The notes under the pieces: model-generated
Told to the model about the DNA's origin: nothing
Seen by the model: the letters and a program-made list of their open reading frames with translations, nothing else
Databases searched by the model: none
Shown: positions 1 through 10,245 of the stretch, in pieces
Numbering within the stretch: the first letter of the stretch is position 1
How the letters are laid out: each line of letters starts with the position of its first letter
Position numbers and translations under genes: made by a program
Origin: an uncultured Sphingopyxis sp.
Lineage (GTDB): Bacteria; Pseudomonadota; Alphaproteobacteria; Sphingomonadales; Sphingomonadaceae
Direction: 5' to 3'
DNA: 64,000 nt
Assembly (NCBI GenBank): GCA_936933955.1
Contig: CAKZIN010000093.1
Coordinates: 23,425-87,424, forward strand

Positions 1-672
1 CGCGCCATAGACGCGCTTCGGGTTTTCACCGCACGCCATCTTGAGGCCGTACGGGGCGCCGGGGAACTTCATCGACTGCACGGTGCGACCGGGCACGTTC
101 TTGAGCGTAACCGTCCGACCGCCGAACAGGTTCGCCGAACCAGGGAGGATCTGCAGCGAGGTGATCCCGCCGTTCATTAGCGCGCGCGTGAAGCCGGGGT
201 CCTGCGGCCACACGCTATGTTCGACCCAAACGTCGGCGGTGACCGGATCGGTCGCCTCGTTACCGTCGCCATGCGCCTGCACGCCGGGCGAGGCATAGGC
301 GCCGAGGTGGCTGTGGATGTCGATGATGCCGGGGGTGACGAACCGCCCCGCCCCGTCGATCCGCGTGTACCCCTCCGGCACAGCGAGATCCGCGCCGCCG
401 ATCGCGACGACCTTGCCTTCGCTGAGAAGGACGGTGCCATTCTCGATCCGGCCGCCTTCGCCGTCGAACACCGTCGCGCCGACAATCGCCGTCGCGACCC
501 CCGGGTAGGGGCGGTATGTGGATGGGAAGGGATTGGCGTCGACCGCGGGCGCCCGCTCAGCGGTCGCGGGGGGGGCTCCGGCAGTGCGACGCTCCGTCCC
601 CGCGCCGGTGGCACAGGAAGCTAGCGCGAGCGCCAGCGACGAGGCGGCGAGCAATTTCGCGATACTGCGCAT
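1..672 (-). CDS. Amidohydrolase-family lipoprotein. N-terminal 224 aa present; the C-terminus lies beyond the window edge.
   Basis: Reverse-strand frame is open from the ATG at 672 down to position 1. Translation MRSIAKLLAASSLALALASCATG has a lipobox (LASC). A DIHSHLG metal-binding motif typical of amidohydrolases lies downstream. Not in the ORF track because it runs off the edge. Confidence 0.55.
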   Translation of the reverse strand, partial: MRSIAKLLAASSLALALASCATGAGTERRTAGAPPATAERAPAVDANPFPSTYRPYPGVATAIVGATVFDGEGGRIENGTVLLSEGKVVAIGGADLAVPEGYTRIDGAGRFVTPGIIDIHSHLGAYASPGVQAHGDGNEATDPVTADVWVEHSVWPQDPGFTRALMNGGITSLQILPGSANLFGGRTVTLKNVPGRTVQSMKFPGAPYGLKMACGENPKRVYGA

Positions 673-677
673 GCCGG

Positions 678-2375
678 TCAGCTCCGCGGGTTGCGGTTGG
701 TAGGATAGTGGGTGCCGGCAAGCGTCTCGCCGCGACCCAGCTCCGTTGCCGGATGAACACCCGCTGCCTGCGGCTCGCCGACAAGGCTGTCGCGACCTGA
801 GAGATCGCGACCGGCATCGTCGTCGCCGCCGAGCGTATCGAGATGCATCCACCGCTTCACGATGGGCGAGAGCAGCAACACCGCCACCGCCGCGCCAATC
901 GAGATCCAGCCGAACAGCGCATAAATCTCGAGCAGGCGTTCCTTCGACATTTCGCCGCCATGCCCACCGGTGGCTTCGCCGATCTTGCCCGCGACGAAGT
1001 TGCCGACCGCGGTCATGTAGAACCACGCCCCCATGATCAGCGAGGCGAGGTACTTCGGCGCCAGGCGGTTCATCGCGCTGAGGCCGACCGGCGACAGGCA
1101 AAGCTCACCGGTGGTGGCGAGGAGGTAGTAGAGGAACACGAACAGCACCGGCGTCATCGCGGCGACGCCATAGGCCTGCGCCCCCCACACGAGGACGAGG
1201 TTGGCAAGGCCCATCTGCGCGAGCGCGAGGCCGAACTTGGCCGGCGCCGACGGTTCGAGCCCACGCTTGCCCAGCCACTGCCACAGCCCCGCGAACAGCG
1301 GCGCGAGGAGGATGATGTAGATGGGGTTGATCGACTGGAACAGCGACGCTTCGACGCCTGCACGGTCGACGAAACGATCGGTGAACAGGTTCATCGACCC
1401 GCCCGCCTGCTCGAACAGTCCCCAGAACAGCGGATTGAGCGCAATCAGGAACAGCACCGCGAACATGCGCTCGCGCGGCTCCTTGGGCAGCTTGAAAGTC
1501 TCGTAGAGGACGTAGAGCAGCAGCGCGACACCGCTGATGATCAGCAGCGTCTGGATGATGCTGACATACTGGATGAGGCCCCAGATCACAGCCACCGAGG
1601 CAACGCCAATTGCGTAGAGCATCATCTCGCGCCGACGGAGCAGCATTGCCGGCGGGTCGCCCGCGCCGTTCAGCACCTTCTTGCCCAGCACGAAAACGAT
1701 GAGGCCTGCGAGCATTCCGATCCCGGCGAGCCCGAAACCATAGGCCCAGCCGAGCCGCTCGCCCAAGTACCCGACGAGGATCGTGCCGAGCGCAGCGCCG
1801 ACGTTAATCCCCATGTAGAAGATCGTGTAGGCGGCATCGCGGCGCGTATCGACCAGGCCGTAGAGCTGGCCGACCATCACGGAGATGTTCGCCTTGAGAA
1901 AGCCCGAACCGACGATGATCAGCGCGAGCGCCAGCCAGAAGACGTTGATCGCCGGGTCGGTCTGACCGCCGTTGCCCTCGACCGCCATGAACAGGTGGCC
2001 GAGCGCGAGCAGGATGCCGCCGAACAGCACCGCCTTGCGCTGCCCCAGATAGCGGTCGGCGAGGTAACCACCGAGCACCGGCATGATGTACACGAGGCTG
2101 GTGTAGGCACCGTAGACGAGGTTGGCGCTGCCGTCCGAGAAGAGCCAGTGCTTGGTGAGGTAGAAGATCAGCAGCGCGCGCATGCCGTAGTAGGAGAAAC
2201 GCTCCCACATCTCGGCAAAGAACAGCATGAACAGACCTTTGGGGTGGCCTGCGAATTCCGGTTTGCGGCTGGCGGCGATCATTCCGCCCAGCGCCAGGAA
2301 CACGCCCAGCACCACCACCGCCACGGCCGCCGTCCAGTCGGCAAACCCCCAGCGGTCCATCGGCAACATCTGCAT
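678..2375 (-). CDS. POT/PTR2-family proton-dependent oligopeptide transporter (MFS)
   Basis: 565-aa polytopic protein. ExxERFSYYGMRALL signature of the POT family, about 12 predicted TM segments. Confidence 0.8.
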   Translation of the reverse strand: MQMLPMDRWGFADWTAAVAVVVLGVFLALGGMIAASRKPEFAGHPKGLFMLFFAEMWERFSYYGMRALLIFYLTKHWLFSDGSANLVYGAYTSLVYIMPVLGGYLADRYLGQRKAVLFGGILLALGHLFMAVEGNGGQTDPAINVFWLALALIIVGSGFLKANISVMVGQLYGLVDTRRDAAYTIFYMGINVGAALGTILVGYLGERLGWAYGFGLAGIGMLAGLIVFVLGKKVLNGAGDPPAMLLRRREMMLYAIGVASVAVIWGLIQYVSIIQTLLIISGVALLLYVLYETFKLPKEPRERMFAVLFLIALNPLFWGLFEQAGGSMNLFTDRFVDRAGVEASLFQSINPIYIILLAPLFAGLWQWLGKRGLEPSAPAKFGLALAQMGLANLVLVWGAQAYGVAAMTPVLFVFLYYLLATTGELCLSPVGLSAMNRLAPKYLASLIMGAWFYMTAVGNFVAGKIGEATGGHGGEMSKERLLEIYALFGWISIGAAVAVLLLSPIVKRWMHLDTLGGDDDAGRDLSGRDSLVGEPQAAGVHPATELGRGETLAGTHYPTNRNPRS

Positions 2376-2546
2376 CGTCTACATCTCACCCAGCGATTGA
2401 CGCATGGGGGAGCGCGCGCGTGCTCGCGCTGCGGATCCCCCTTCGGCGCGCGACCGTAACGACAAATCGCCGCCTGCCAAGACGCTTTTGTGACAGGGTC
2501 AACGAAGTCCTTGGCGGCGGGGCGGGCAAGCGGCATGAATGGCGCC

Positions 2547-3146
2547 ATGTCCGACGTCCCGCTTCCCCCGTTCAACGACCTCTCCTCCCCCGCCGCGCTG
2601 CTCGCGACCCGCCGGTCCGGTCGAGCGCGAGAGATGGTGGAGCCGGGTCCCGACGCAGCGAGCCTGGAAGCCATCGTCGCATCCGCCATCCGCGTGCCCG
2701 ATCACGGCAAGCTCGCGCCGTGGCGGTGGGTCGAGATCGTCGACCGCGACGCCTTTGCAGCGCTCCTCCAGCGCGCGCATCGCGCCGCGCATGGCGGCAT
2801 CGTGCAGGGCGAAGATCGCATCGCGATCGACAAGTTTGCCCGCGCCGCACCAACCGCACTTGCGCTGATCGCAAGCCCGCAGCGGTCATCCAAAATACCG
2901 GAGTGGGAGCAGCTGCTGTCGGTCGGAGCCAGCGCGATGCAGCTGCTCGACGCGGCGCATGCACGTGGCTTCGTCGGCAATTGGCTGACCGGCTGGGCGA
3001 GTTACGATCCGACCGTCGCCGCAGGTCTCGGGGTCGGCGAGGGCGAGCGGATCGCCGGGTTCTTCTTCATCGGCACCCCCAGTGCGCCGCTCGAGGAACG
3101 CCCGCGTCCGGCGCTGGCGGACCGCTTTACGAGGTGGACCGGTTGA
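2547..3146 (+). CDS. nitroreductase-family protein
   Basis: Internal ATG of ORF 2490..3146. Nitroreductase-fold motifs RRSxRxF and PxHGKLAPWRWVEI. Confidence 0.7.
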   Translation: MSDVPLPPFNDLSSPAALLATRRSGRAREMVEPGPDAASLEAIVASAIRVPDHGKLAPWRWVEIVDRDAFAALLQRAHRAAHGGIVQGEDRIAIDKFARAAPTALALIASPQRSSKIPEWEQLLSVGASAMQLLDAAHARGFVGNWLTGWASYDPTVAAGLGVGEGERIAGFFFIGTPSAPLEERPRPALADRFTRWTG

Positions 3147-3177
3147 CCCTGCGCTGTGTCACTGTCATAAGTCAGTG

Positions 3178-3525
3178 ATGCTCGACGGTTCCAAGCCAGT
3201 TTATCAGCGCTTGCGCGAAACCATCGCGGCGGAGATCCTCGACGGCGTGTGGCGGGAGGGGGAGCAGCTGCCCTCCGTCCGCGCGCTCGCGGCCACCTAT
3301 GGCGCCAATCCGCTGACCGTTGCCAAGGCCTACCAGAGCTTTCAGGACGATGGGCTCGTGACCGTGCGGCGCGGGGTCGGCATGTTCGTCGCGGACGGCG
3401 CGCAGCAGCGACTGCGTGAGACGATGCGGTCGAACTTCCTCGAGGCGGTGTGGCCGCCCGTGGCCGAGCAGATTCGCCGGCTCGACCTCGATGCGGAGCT
3501 GCTGATCGGCCGCGTGCGCGCCTAG
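3178..3525 (+). CDS. short GntR-family (YhcF-like) HTH transcriptional regulator
   Basis: Internal ATG of ORF 3082..3525. GntR winged-HTH signature LPSVRALAATYGANPLTVAKAYQSFQDDGLV. Only about 115 aa, so no effector domain. Confidence 0.65.
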   Translation: MLDGSKPVYQRLRETIAAEILDGVWREGEQLPSVRALAATYGANPLTVAKAYQSFQDDGLVTVRRGVGMFVADGAQQRLRETMRSNFLEAVWPPVAEQIRRLDLDAELLIGRVRA

Positions 3526-5474
3526 AAGCCTGCGTCGCGTGCCCAGCGCGCGATCACCGGATCGTCAGGGTCGAGCTGCCGCGCCTTCCCGAGCAGATCC
3601 GCAGCATCGCGGGGGCGTGCGCCGCCGAGCGCCAGCACCCGGCCATAAATCGAGCTTGTCGCGGCGCTCATCGGCATCAGGCGGTACGCCCGCTCCGCGA
3701 ACGGCAGCGCGTCCTCGACCCGCCCGATTTCAGTCAAGGCGCGGGCGTAACGCGCGTCGAGCAGCGCGTCGTTCGTCCCAAGCCGAGCGATGGCCGCAGA
3801 ATACGCGCCCGCCGCCGCGCCCCAATCGCCATCCTCCGCAGCGAAATTGCCTGCGAGCTTCGTCGCGCTCGCGTCCTCCGGCCAACGCGCAAGATACTCC
3901 GCGAGTGTAGTCCGCGCGGCGTCGCGCCGGCCACTCGCCAGCTGCGCCTCGACCAGCCGCATCGCTGCGGCGCGATCGAAGCGCAGCTCCGCGGCGCGGG
4001 TGTAGGCAGCGACGGCGCCGGCGAAGTCGCCCGTTTGGCGCGCGACGTCGCCAACAAGGATCGCCGCCTCTGCGACGCCGGGGTTGCGACGTGAGAGCTC
4101 GCTCGCTCGCGCCGCCGCCCTGCCAGCGTCCCCGTCACGGAGGGCGGCGCGGATCGCAGCGACCTCGAGGCCGACCCCACCCTGGGGCGCATCGTCGGGC
4201 CTCAGCACGTCGGCATCGCCGCGAGTCCCGCTCGCCGCGCGCGCTCGCGGTTCGATGGCCGCGAGCGGCTGGCCATAAGCCTCCGCCATGCGCGCGAGCA
4301 GCAGCAGAGACCAGCTGTCGGCATCGCGGCGCGTCGTCAGCGGATCGAGCAGCGCGATGGCATCGCCGCTCGCGCCGCTGCGGGCGACGGCGAGCGCCAG
4401 CAGTCGGCATGCGTCGCGGTGGCCGGGCGCGGCCCGCATCAGGGCGAGCGCCTCGTTCCGCGCGGTCAGATCGTCGCGCAAAGTGAGCGCGGTGGCCGAG
4501 CGCAGCAGCTGCTCACCCGCCGCGCCAATGCCAGCGCGGGCCAGCAAAGCGCGCGCCAGCGCGGGCTCTCCGCCGCGGATCGCGAGCACCGCGCGGAGAT
4601 AGGCTATCCGTGGGTTGCCGGGATCAAGATCGGCGGCCCTTCGGAGCGTATCGACCGCCGCCTCGCCGCGCCCCGCCTCCCCCAACGCTGCGGCATAGCT
4701 GACGAGCGTCGGCACATCCTCAGGTGCTTGGGCGAGCGCGGCGCGGTACCAGGGGAGGCCCGACACCGGCCCTCCGCGCGCGGTGACGACGTCGGCTTTG
4801 AACAGGCGCGCGGCGACGCCACTGCCCGGCGACCGGCGTGCAGCGTCCGCAGCGGCGTCGGCGCCGAGCATGTCCTCCTCCGCCAGCCGCAGCCTGCCCA
4901 GCGCGACCCACGCGGCCTCGCCACCGCCCGCCTCGATGGCGCGTCGATAGGCTGCGTCGGCTCCGAGCGGGTCGTCCGTCATGCGCAACGCATCGCCGCG
5001 CAGGATGAGCGCGGGCGGCGTCTGGTGCGGAATCGCGTCAATCAGCGCGAGCGCCGCTTGTGGATCGCGGCGAAGCAAACGCGCGCGAGCGAAGTGCACC
5101 GTCAGCGCAGCGCGTGGCAGGCCAAGCTCGGCGGCGCGACTAAGGTTGCGTTCGGCCTCCTCGGCGCGCCCCAGAGCAAGCTGCGCCAGCGCGAGGTCGC
5201 GGTGCAGCCCGGGATTGCGCGGCTGCGTCTGCAACGCGGCGGTCAGGTCCACCCGCGCCGAGCGGGCGTCGCCTGCCAGCAACGCGGCGCGTCCGCGCTC
5301 CGCCGGGTCGAACGTCAGCGCGCGCCACCCCCATACTGCCCCGACGAGGGCAAGTACCAGCGCCAGCACGGCGAGGCCGCGGGCGAGCGGACTCCATCGA
5401 CGTCTCGCGTCGTCCGGCTGCTGCGAAAGCGCCGCTTCGCGCCGGCGCTTACGCGCGCTCGGCGGCGAAACCAT
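3522..5474 (-). CDS. prsT: Membrane-anchored TPR-repeat protein, PrsT-like (PEP-CTERM system-associated)
   Basis: 650 aa. N-terminal TM helix, then Ala/Leu-rich TPR repeats throughout. Lies immediately downstream of prsR-prsK on the same strand. Confidence 0.5.
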   Translation of the reverse strand: MVSPPSARKRRREAALSQQPDDARRRWSPLARGLAVLALVLALVGAVWGWRALTFDPAERGRAALLAGDARSARVDLTAALQTQPRNPGLHRDLALAQLALGRAEEAERNLSRAAELGLPRAALTVHFARARLLRRDPQAALALIDAIPHQTPPALILRGDALRMTDDPLGADAAYRRAIEAGGGEAAWVALGRLRLAEEDMLGADAAADAARRSPGSGVAARLFKADVVTARGGPVSGLPWYRAALAQAPEDVPTLVSYAAALGEAGRGEAAVDTLRRAADLDPGNPRIAYLRAVLAIRGGEPALARALLARAGIGAAGEQLLRSATALTLRDDLTARNEALALMRAAPGHRDACRLLALAVARSGASGDAIALLDPLTTRRDADSWSLLLLARMAEAYGQPLAAIEPRARAASGTRGDADVLRPDDAPQGGVGLEVAAIRAALRDGDAGRAAARASELSRRNPGVAEAAILVGDVARQTGDFAGAVAAYTRAAELRFDRAAAMRLVEAQLASGRRDAARTTLAEYLARWPEDASATKLAGNFAAEDGDWGAAAGAYSAAIARLGTNDALLDARYARALTEIGRVEDALPFAERAYRLMPMSAATSSIYGRVLALGGARPRDAADLLGKARQLDPDDPVIARWARDAGF

Positions 5475-6816
5475 GGTGCTTCATCAAGTCGTAGAGTGTC
5501 GGGCGGCTGATGCCGAGCCGACGTGCGGCGGCGGAGATATTGTACTGCGTCACCGACAGAGCGCGTGCGATCGCGTCCCGCTCCGCCGCATCGCGTACCG
5601 CCCGAAGGTTGATCGGCTCGGCAAGCTCTTCTTGAGCAGAGAGGTCGAGGTCTGCAGCGGTGATCGTGCCGCGGTCGCACATGATCGCCGCGCGCTTGAT
5701 CCGGTTCTCGAGCTCTCGCACGTTCCCAGGCCAGCCATGCGCTTCGATCGCCGCCGCAGCGTCGGGAGCGAGCGTGGGCGCCGCGCCCCCCTCCCCCGCG
5801 TTGCGTCGCAGGAAATGCCGCGCGAGTAGCACCGCATCACCGGGCCGTTGCGCGAGCGAGGGCACCGTCAGCACCAGCTCGGCGAGCCGATAGTAGAGGT
5901 CCTCGCGAAAGCTCCCTTCAGCCACCATCGCCGGAATGTCGCGGTGCGTCGCGCAGACGACGCGCGTGTTAATGGCGATGGGCTTCCTGCCGCCGACACG
6001 CTCAATGCTGCGCTCCTGGAGGAACCGCAGCAGTTTGACCTGCAACGGCAGCGGAATGTCGCCGATTTCGTCGAGGAACAGCGTGCCGTTTTGCGCGGTC
6101 TCGATCTTGCCTTCGGTCGTGCGCACCGCGCCGGTGAACGCGCCCTTTTCGTGCCCGAACAGCTCGCTTTCGAGCAGCGCTTCGGGGATGGCGGCGCAGT
6201 TGATGGCGACGAACGGCCCCTTGCGCCCGCTCGCATCGTGGAGCCCTCTCGCGAGCAGTTCCTTGCCCGTCCCGCTGGCACCGAGCAGCATGACGGTGAC
6301 GTCCGCAGGGGCGATTTTTTCGATTGTACGGACGAGCTTCATCATCGCCGGCGCGGCGGTGACGAGCTTGCCGAGCGTAGCGGTTTCGATCGGCACCGCG
6401 GCGGCGAGCCGTCGGTTCTCCAACTCGAGCGCGTGGACATGCGCCGCGCGGGCGACGATCCCGCCGAGCGCGTCGATGTCGATCGGCTTGGCGAAGAAGT
6501 CCCACGCCCCCGCGGCGATCGCAGTTAACGCACTTTCGCGGGCGTTATGGCCTGACGCGACCACGACCTTAGTATCCGGTGCCAGCCGCTGGATTTCCGC
6601 GAGCGTGCGAAAGCCCTCGCTCACCCCGTCGGGATCGGGCGGGAGGCCGAGGTCGAGCGTCACCACCGCAGGCTCGTGCGCCCGCAACGCCGCAATCGCT
6701 TCCTCGCGGTCTCCGGCAATGGCGACGTCAAACGCCTCGTAGGCCCAGCGGAGCTGCGCCTGGAGGCCGGGGTCGTCCTCCACGATCAATAGCCGTGGCC
6801 TGACTGGCGCGTTCAT
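5449..6816 (-). CDS. prsR: PEP-CTERM-box sigma-54-dependent response regulator PrsR (receiver + AAA+ + Fis HTH)
   Basis: Receiver domain (LLIVEDDP, D at LDLGLPPD). Intact GASGTGKE Walker A, GAFTGA, and LFLDEIGD Walker B. C-terminal Fis-type HTH. Start ATG overlaps the prsK stop (ATGA at 6813-6816). Confidence 0.75.
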   Translation of the reverse strand: MNAPVRPRLLIVEDDPGLQAQLRWAYEAFDVAIAGDREEAIAALRAHEPAVVTLDLGLPPDPDGVSEGFRTLAEIQRLAPDTKVVVASGHNARESALTAIAAGAWDFFAKPIDIDALGGIVARAAHVHALELENRRLAAAVPIETATLGKLVTAAPAMMKLVRTIEKIAPADVTVMLLGASGTGKELLARGLHDASGRKGPFVAINCAAIPEALLESELFGHEKGAFTGAVRTTEGKIETAQNGTLFLDEIGDIPLPLQVKLLRFLQERSIERVGGRKPIAINTRVVCATHRDIPAMVAEGSFREDLYYRLAELVLTVPSLAQRPGDAVLLARHFLRRNAGEGGAAPTLAPDAAAAIEAHGWPGNVRELENRIKRAAIMCDRGTITAADLDLSAQEELAEPINLRAVRDAAERDAIARALSVTQYNISAAARRLGISRPTLYDLMKHHGFAAERA

Positions 6817-8867
6817 GCCGCAAGCTCCCCGCGTGATGGCGCCGCGCTGGCAAGCGTCAGTTTGAAGCAACTCCCCTCACCTTCGCGGCTGGTAACGTCG
6901 AGCCGTCCGCCCAGCGCCTCGGCAAGCCGCCGTGCCTGGTAGGCGCCGATGCCGAAGCCACCCTCCTTGGTGGAACTGAACGGGCGGAACAATTCGCGGC
7001 GCATGAAGTCCTCGCTCATCCCACGCCCCGCGTCGCGCACTTCGACAACGACAGACCCGTCACCCTCCTGCAGTGTGACTCCGACCTCAGCGCCGTGGGG
7101 GCTCGCGTCGATCGCGTTGTCGAGGAGGTGCGTGAGGATGCTCTCCAGCGCCGCTGCATCGCCGCGAACATGACCCGCGCGCCCCGCAATGCGCACAGGG
7201 TGACGCCCGCGCGCCGAGGCGGCAACGCGCAGCACCAGCGCATCGAGATCGACCGCTGCCCGCGACAGCGCAGCACTTTCATCCTTCTGCGCGAGGCGGT
7301 GCGTGAGCGTGCCCAGCCGATCGGCCGAAATGCGCAGCGTGGAGACCATGTCGCGGCGAAACTCCGGATTGTCGCCATGCCGCTCGGCATTCCGCGCCAG
7401 CACCGCCATTTGGCTCGCAAGGTTCTTCACATCGTGCAGGACGAAGGCGAAGCGGCGATGGAACTCTTCGAACCGCTGCGTCTCGGCGAGCGCATCGGAG
7501 GAGCGCTTTTCGGCGAGCAGGCTCGCGGCATGTCGCGCGGCGACTTTCAGGAGGTCGATATCCTCCCAGTCAAGCGGGCGCGCAAAAGGTGGATCGCCGA
7601 GCAGCAGCAGCCCCTCCGCCTCCCCCGACTGCATCAGCGGCACCGCGACCCACCAATGGCGCAGAGCGGGCGCCTCGGCGAGGAGATCGCTCAATCCCGC
7701 AGGACTTGCCGCATCGTCGGCGAGGTGCGCGATAAACTCGCTTGGGCCGGTGAGGTGAAGCAAGCGGCTGGCCGCGTTCGCATCCGGCGCCCAGTCGGGC
7801 TCGCCTTCAAGCTGGCCGGCGAGGTGGAGCCCGCTCGCGTCACGCACGAACAGTGCGCCCGCGCGGGCCTCGACCATGTCTCCAAGCGCGCGTATGACAC
7901 GCGTGGGCACCGCATCCGCCTGCGACGCTCCCGGACGATGCAACGTCTCGGTGAAGCGCAGCCACTCGGCGCGATAATCGTAACGATGCTCGAACAAATG
8001 CTTGAGGATCAGCACGCGCGCATGGGCGCGCAGCCGAGGCAGGGCGAGCAGCGTTCCCGCGGCTGCGATCGCCGCTCCGACGATGGTGAGCTGCGCTACA
8101 TCCCCGAACCGCGGCGACGCGTGGGTCGCGGCGCCGAGCAGGATTAGCCACGCCGCTAGCGCGAACAGCGCGACGGACCGAAACACCGCCGGTCGCGACA
8201 GCCGCGCGTCGGGCTCGGCCAGTCGCGGAAGGCCCAGCCCGATCGCCGCCAGGGCGGCCAGCGCGATGATCGGGCGCAACGCCAGCAGCAGCAGCGGCTC
8301 GCTCCGGCTCAACACCGCGACACTGTGAATGTTGAGGTCATACCCCCACAGCAACGCGACGGCGCCGAACACGCCAGTCAGCGCCGATCGTTCGCGCTGG
8401 TTGGCGGCGGCGAGGAGGTTGTGCACAAGCAGCAGCCCGCCGCTCGCCCCCAGCATCTGGACGATGGTGAGCCCGGGAAACAGCGCCCCCGTCGCCCCTC
8501 CGGTCGCCAGCACCGACAGCGCCAGCCCCACCGCGACAGCCTCGATCGAGACGATGCCGACGTAGATCGCGCCGAGCGGGGTCACGCCCCACTCCTGCTG
8601 ACGACGCCCGACGATGCCCGCCATGACCCACAGCCAACCGATGTTGCGGATTGCCTCGGCCGCATGCTCGAGCGGCGCTTGCGCGATGCGATGGGCCAGC
8701 ACCCCGCTCGCCACGACCAGCCAGATTGCGGTCGCAATGAGCGCAGCGAGCGCGGCGTTGCGCCCCTCAGTCGGTCCCGCCCTTACCAGGCGCGCAGCGA
8801 TCAGCAGCGCTCCCGCCGCGCCCAGAAGATAGAGCCAGCCGCCGATCGCTGCCATCTCAGCGCGCAC
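6813..8867 (-). CDS. prsK: PEP-CTERM system sensor histidine kinase PrsK (multi-TM N-terminus, GAF-like, HisKA, HATPase)
   Basis: 684 aa. About 300-aa polytopic N-terminus. H-box FVLHDVKNLASQ. C-terminal GxGxG ATPase motifs (DAGRGM, GGFGIG). Gene order matches the known prsK-prsR-prsT module. Confidence 0.7.
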   Translation of the reverse strand: MRAEMAAIGGWLYLLGAAGALLIAARLVRAGPTEGRNAALAALIATAIWLVVASGVLAHRIAQAPLEHAAEAIRNIGWLWVMAGIVGRRQQEWGVTPLGAIYVGIVSIEAVAVGLALSVLATGGATGALFPGLTIVQMLGASGGLLLVHNLLAAANQRERSALTGVFGAVALLWGYDLNIHSVAVLSRSEPLLLLALRPIIALAALAAIGLGLPRLAEPDARLSRPAVFRSVALFALAAWLILLGAATHASPRFGDVAQLTIVGAAIAAAGTLLALPRLRAHARVLILKHLFEHRYDYRAEWLRFTETLHRPGASQADAVPTRVIRALGDMVEARAGALFVRDASGLHLAGQLEGEPDWAPDANAASRLLHLTGPSEFIAHLADDAASPAGLSDLLAEAPALRHWWVAVPLMQSGEAEGLLLLGDPPFARPLDWEDIDLLKVAARHAASLLAEKRSSDALAETQRFEEFHRRFAFVLHDVKNLASQMAVLARNAERHGDNPEFRRDMVSTLRISADRLGTLTHRLAQKDESAALSRAAVDLDALVLRVAASARGRHPVRIAGRAGHVRGDAAALESILTHLLDNAIDASPHGAEVGVTLQEGDGSVVVEVRDAGRGMSEDFMRRELFRPFSSTKEGGFGIGAYQARRLAEALGGRLDVTSREGEGSCFKLTLASAAPSRGELAA

Positions 8868-10245
8868 CCTGCGGGAACATCACCACGCGGATCGTCTGGA
8901 GAATGATCGTCATATCCAGAAACGGCGTGTAATTCTTGACGTAGTAGAGGTCGTATTCGAGCTTGTGTCGCGCATCCTCGATCGAAGCGCCGTAGGGATA
9001 GTTGATCTGCGCCCAACCGGTGAGCCCCGGCTTCACCATGTGACGTTCGGCGTAGAAGGGCATCGCCTCCACCAGCTGATCGACGAATATCGGGCGTTCA
9101 GGTCTGGGCCCGACGAAGCTCATCTCACCGCGCAGGACGTTGATGAGTTGGGGCACCTCGTCGAGCCGAGTCACGCGTAGCAACCGGCCGACGCGCGTGA
9201 TGCGCGGGTCACGCTGCGCCGCCCAGACAGCGCTGCCGCCGCTCTCCGCGTCGACCCGCATGGTGCGCAGCTTGAGGATGTCGAACGTTTCACCGTAGAG
9301 CCCGACCCGCTCCTGGCAGTAGAATACGCCACCCCGGCTATCGAGCGCGACCGCGAGGCCAGCCACCAGCATGACCGGCAAGGTCAGCACGAGCACGAGC
9401 ACGCTCACGACGATGTCGAACGCGCGCTTGGTGAATTTGGACAGGCGCTGCCCGGCGGTAAACCCATCGGAGAAGATCAGGCTTGACGGGTTGACCGTGG
9501 CGAGGTCGATGCGGCCGGTTTCGCGCTCGAGGAAGGTGGCGATGTCGCTGACCTGCACGCCCGTCGTCTTGACGCGGAGCAGGTCCTGAAGGGGGAGCGA
9601 TCCACGGCGTTCCTCGATCGCGAGCACCACTTCCTCTGCGCCCAACATCGACACGTGCTCACGCAGCGTGGCGATGTCCTGACGCGGGCGAGCGTTGGCG
9701 ATCGTCCGCTCGCCATCCGCCATGCGAACGAATTCGGTGATGACGAAAGACGCGCCCGTTTTTCCTTCCAGCGCCCCCAGCCGCGCCGCACGCTTTCCCG
9801 CCCCCATCACGAGTATGCGTCGCCGAAACCGAGATTCGGGCACCAGCCAGCGCGCAGCGAACCGGACAAGCATCGTCAGCACGATCGACAGCGGCATCGC
9901 GTAGGCGAGATTCGAGCGCCACAACGCCACCGTCGGCATCAGAAAATAAAGCGTCGAGAGGAGGATCACCGCCAAGCTCACGCCGGTCAGGATCCGCATC
10001 AATGCGAAGTTGCGCGAACGCATCGCCTCCGGACTGTAGACCCCGACCGCGATCATCGCGAGGAGGGTCGTCGTCGCGAAAACGATTGCCGGCTCCCACC
10101 GATCGCCGAGCGAGCTTACGGTCATGCCGATCTGATAAGCGCGGACGGTCCATGCGATCTCGGCCGACAGCAGCAGCGCCACGAAATCGACGAACGCGAC
10201 GAGAAGCGCCGCTCGCGAAATATAGTGACGGAACAGGCGAAACAT
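8857..10245 (-). CDS. Polyprenyl glycosylphosphotransferase (bacterial sugar transferase, EpsB/WbaP-like; TIGR03013-type, PEP-CTERM-associated)
   Basis: C-terminal sugar-transferase domain FDIVVSVLVLVLTLPVMLVAGLAVALDSRGGVFYCQERVG...KLRTM...PGLTGWAQ. N-terminal TM block. Internal ATG (MFRLF) chosen as start. Confidence 0.75.
   Translation of the reverse strand: MFRLFRHYISRAALLVAFVDFVALLLSAEIAWTVRAYQIGMTVSSLGDRWEPAIVFATTTLLAMIAVGVYSPEAMRSRNFALMRILTGVSLAVILLSTLYFLMPTVALWRSNLAYAMPLSIVLTMLVRFAARWLVPESRFRRRILVMGAGKRAARLGALEGKTGASFVITEFVRMADGERTIANARPRQDIATLREHVSMLGAEEVVLAIEERRGSLPLQDLLRVKTTGVQVSDIATFLERETGRIDLATVNPSSLIFSDGFTAGQRLSKFTKRAFDIVVSVLVLVLTLPVMLVAGLAVALDSRGGVFYCQERVGLYGETFDILKLRTMRVDAESGGSAVWAAQRDPRITRVGRLLRVTRLDEVPQLINVLRGEMSFVGPRPERPIFVDQLVEAMPFYAERHMVKPGLTGWAQINYPYGASIEDARHKLEYDLYYVKNYTPFLDMTIILQTIRVVMFPQGAR

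Noticed and set aside
843-2459. 538-aa plus-strand ORF antisense to the POT transporter
   Set aside because: Arg/Asp/Glu/His-rich low-complexity translation with no domain signature. Typical GC-rich antisense open frame; the minus-strand transporter is clearly the real gene.
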